This document shows positions 45,641-47,661 of a stretch of DNA of 47,661 nucleotides, piece after piece. The notes beneath the pieces were generated by a model, which was given only the letters and a program-made list of their open reading frames with translations, did not search any database and had not been told where the DNA came from. The DNA is taken from positions 1 to 47,661 of the IMG/VR virus record IMGVR_UViG_3300015603_000077, one strand, 5' to 3'. The DNA comes from a virus (lineage: Duplodnaviria > Caudoviricetes). Positions within the stretch are counted from its first letter, which is position 1. The number at the start of each line of letters is the position of its first letter. The position numbers were made by a program, and so were the translations under genes.

Positions 45641-46116
45641 AAGAAATAATCCTAACAAAAGGTTGCAAAGCTTTGGTCGATGATGAGGATTATGAAAGAA
45701 TAAACAAATTTAGATGGAATTTTCAATCTGGTCGTGCAGGAAGAAGTATTGGCGGAAGAAAGAATAAGGTGAATTTCATGTTGCACTGGGCTATAATTGG
45801 AAAACCAAAAAAAGGATTTGTAGTAGATCACATAGATAATAATCCACTCAATAATACCAGAAGTAATTTAAGAATTTGCACTCCTGGAGAAAATGCTAAA
45901 AATAGCAAACAAATTGGGAAGAATAATACATCTGGGTATAAGGGTGTCAAGTGGGATAAGGCAAGAAATAAGTGGATGGCGTCTATAATGGTCGAATATA
46001 GGAATAAATTTCTCGGTAGGTTCGAATCTAAAGAGAAAGCTGCAATATGCTACAATAAAGCAGCAAAAAAATATTTCGGAGCGTTTGCTAAATTAAATAT
46101 TATTAAAAAAATATGA
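45637..46116 (+). CDS. HNH-AP2 homing endonuclease
   Basis: VDDEDYE, VDHIDNNPLNNTRSNLR, NNTSGYKGV, AP2-type C-terminus. Confidence 0.9.
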   Translation: MKEIILTKGCKALVDDEDYERINKFRWNFQSGRAGRSIGGRKNKVNFMLHWAIIGKPKKGFVVDHIDNNPLNNTRSNLRICTPGENAKNSKQIGKNNTSGYKGVKWDKARNKWMASIMVEYRNKFLGRFESKEKAAICYNKAAKKYFGAFAKLNIIKKI

Positions 46117-47009
46117 ACGAAGTAACAACACAGATGTCAGATGAAGATCTTGATAATGCATTAGGGACAAGCCAAAGACAATTTACAAAATTTAGAACTT
46201 TGAGTGTCGATAACGGAGTTGACACAGCAGGTACTGGAGCAACCGGAGACTTTGTTGAAAAACAATATGATCCAGCTACTCAGCAAACTACTCGTATAGC
46301 CTTCGCTGATATGTTTCCTGGTATTATCTTAGCCTCTAAGGCTCAAGTAGCCGACAAGGCAAAATACCCATCCTGGAGGACCGGAGAGTTCGATCCTTCT
46401 AATGTAGAGGAACTTATTGATGTTTTTCCACTTCAAAATGGAAAGTTTATCAAGAATGAAAATGGAGTCACAAAGAAAACTCAGATGACATATCGAGATC
46501 TGAAGGCTGCAAAAAGCACACCTCAGCCAGATGGAGGATCAATCAGCACTTACAATTATTTCATCGTGCTATATGTTGGAGTGGACGGAGAAGTAATTAA
46601 GTTGAAATTCAAAGGATCAAGCCGTGGTAATTATTTCGATTACAGCAAGGCTATAGCGAAAATCGGAGCTAAAATTTATAATGTAGTAACTTTATTTTCT
46701 ACCTATAAAGATACTACTACAGGAAAATATGCCATTAAATTCGATGTTGATAAGGAACCAGAAGGAAACCCGACTAGCGTTGATCCGGATAATGTTCGCG
46801 AGATGCGTATCCAGGTTGCAAAAAGCATGGCCCCATTCCAAGGAAAATCTCTCCCGAGTGGACAGGCTTATAAACCCGCACAAGCACCTACAAGCGCCGT
46901 TGATACATCACCAATAAAAGACAGTGAAATCGTCGGAAACTCAACCGAAGAAGAAATAGATTTAGGTGAAATGGAAGTTGAAGATGTTCCATATCCATCT
47001 GAACAGTAG
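46113..47009 (+). CDS. single-stranded DNA-binding/annealing protein
   Basis: acidic tail EEEIDLGEMEVEDVPY; follows the exonuclease. Confidence 0.55.
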   Translation: MNEVTTQMSDEDLDNALGTSQRQFTKFRTLSVDNGVDTAGTGATGDFVEKQYDPATQQTTRIAFADMFPGIILASKAQVADKAKYPSWRTGEFDPSNVEELIDVFPLQNGKFIKNENGVTKKTQMTYRDLKAAKSTPQPDGGSISTYNYFIVLYVGVDGEVIKLKFKGSSRGNYFDYSKAIAKIGAKIYNVVTLFSTYKDTTTGKYAIKFDVDKEPEGNPTSVDPDNVREMRIQVAKSMAPFQGKSLPSGQAYKPAQAPTSAVDTSPIKDSEIVGNSTEEEIDLGEMEVEDVPYPSEQ

Positions 47010-47017
47010 TAGAAAAA

Positions 47018-47053
47018 ATAGCCAGCGAAAGCAATTTGTGAGTAGCTGGCTAT
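47018..47053 (+). terminator. hairpin after the SSB-like gene
   Basis: ATAGCCAGC/GCTGGCTAT; no U tract on the + strand. Confidence 0.45.
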
Positions 47054-47060
47054 CAGGAGG

Positions 47061-47089
47061 TTGACAATAATTAAAAAATAGAATATAAT
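47061..47089 (+). promoter_or_regulatory. consensus sigma70 promoter
   Basis: TTGACA-17-TATAAT. Confidence 0.8.
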
Positions 47090-47198
47090 TTAAGTACAAT
47101 TTAATAGTGAATATTTATGGTGATTACAGCCCATGAATAATATAAAATCTGCCTGCTGTAATCGGGGAGATTTTTTATTATTTATAACCATAAAAAAT

Positions 47199-47399
47199 AT
47201 GTCAGGTAAGCAAAAAAGTAAAACATTAGTAGAGGCGAGAAATAAAATATACGCGTATTTCGAAGACAAAGGATTTGTTTTCGAAGAAGGATCAAGAAAT
47301 TATCTTTCTGAAGCAATAAAAGAATATTCAGCTAAGCATAACGAGGTTTTAATGAAAGAATTAACATTAATACAGAACAAGATTAGTAAGAATAAGTAG
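47199..47399 (+). CDS. small basic hypothetical protein
   Basis: ATG at 47199 after a structured leader. Confidence 0.55.
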   Translation: MSGKQKSKTLVEARNKIYAYFEDKGFVFEEGSRNYLSEAIKEYSAKHNEVLMKELTLIQNKISKNK

Positions 47400-47661
47400 T
47401 TTTGGATTCTTGCAGGGTAACTGGTTATCAACCGGTTATCCCCAAGAGATCAAAAAAAGACCTCGGCTATAGTTAAATATAATATTCTTTTATGAAAACC
47501 CACCGGCCGTGGGGAGGGGGCAACCTCACCAAAAAAATCGGCCTAAGGGAACCATAAAAGGAGGGATTACCCTCCTTTAAGATTCCTTTAAAGATTTTGC
47601 TAAATTTTTATTACTACTTAATAGATCTTAAAAGAAGAAAAATATAATGTTTAATAAATAC

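Noticed and set aside
1-47661. CRISPR or TIGR-like arrays, DGR, retron
   Set aside because: no regularly spaced repeats and no Cas, Nop-domain or reverse transcriptase ORF recognised
1-47661. stop-codon reassignment
   Set aside because: long intact ORFs in code 11; TAA, TGA and TAG all end genes at sensible boundaries; no suppressor tRNA
1-47661. terminal repeat or circular completeness
   Set aside because: window ends do not overlap

Overview
The window is most of a tailed dsDNA phage genome with podovirus-like architecture, and essentially every credible gene is on the + strand. Gene order: small DNA-metabolism genes and an RtcB RNA ligase (1-5.2 kb); a compositionally distinct early block and a long non-coding region (5.3-9.8 kb); tRNAs; terminase small subunit, an accessory island, and terminase large subunit; portal, scaffold and capsid; collagen/LamG fibres and a methyltransferase-glycosyltransferase fusion; tail adaptor, nozzle and fibre; three probable ejection proteins including a 2483-aa polyvalent protein; a C39-like peptidase; and a recombination module flanked by two HNH-AP2 endonucleases. 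Sigma70 promoters, no Shine-Dalgarno motifs and a protein resembling a CPR-typical family point to a Patescibacteria (CPR) host; this is inference. No polymerase, helicase or integrase was recognised, so the genome probably extends beyond the window. The strongest unexplained signals are at RNA and DNA level: a 104-nt tRNA-like gene with an expanded anticodon region in an RtcB-encoding phage, several unannotated structured RNAs, a 4.5-kb block with no CCGG and few GATC sites, a dif-like Xer site, and leaderless structural-gene transcripts. All protein calls come from motif recognition by eye, not database searches.
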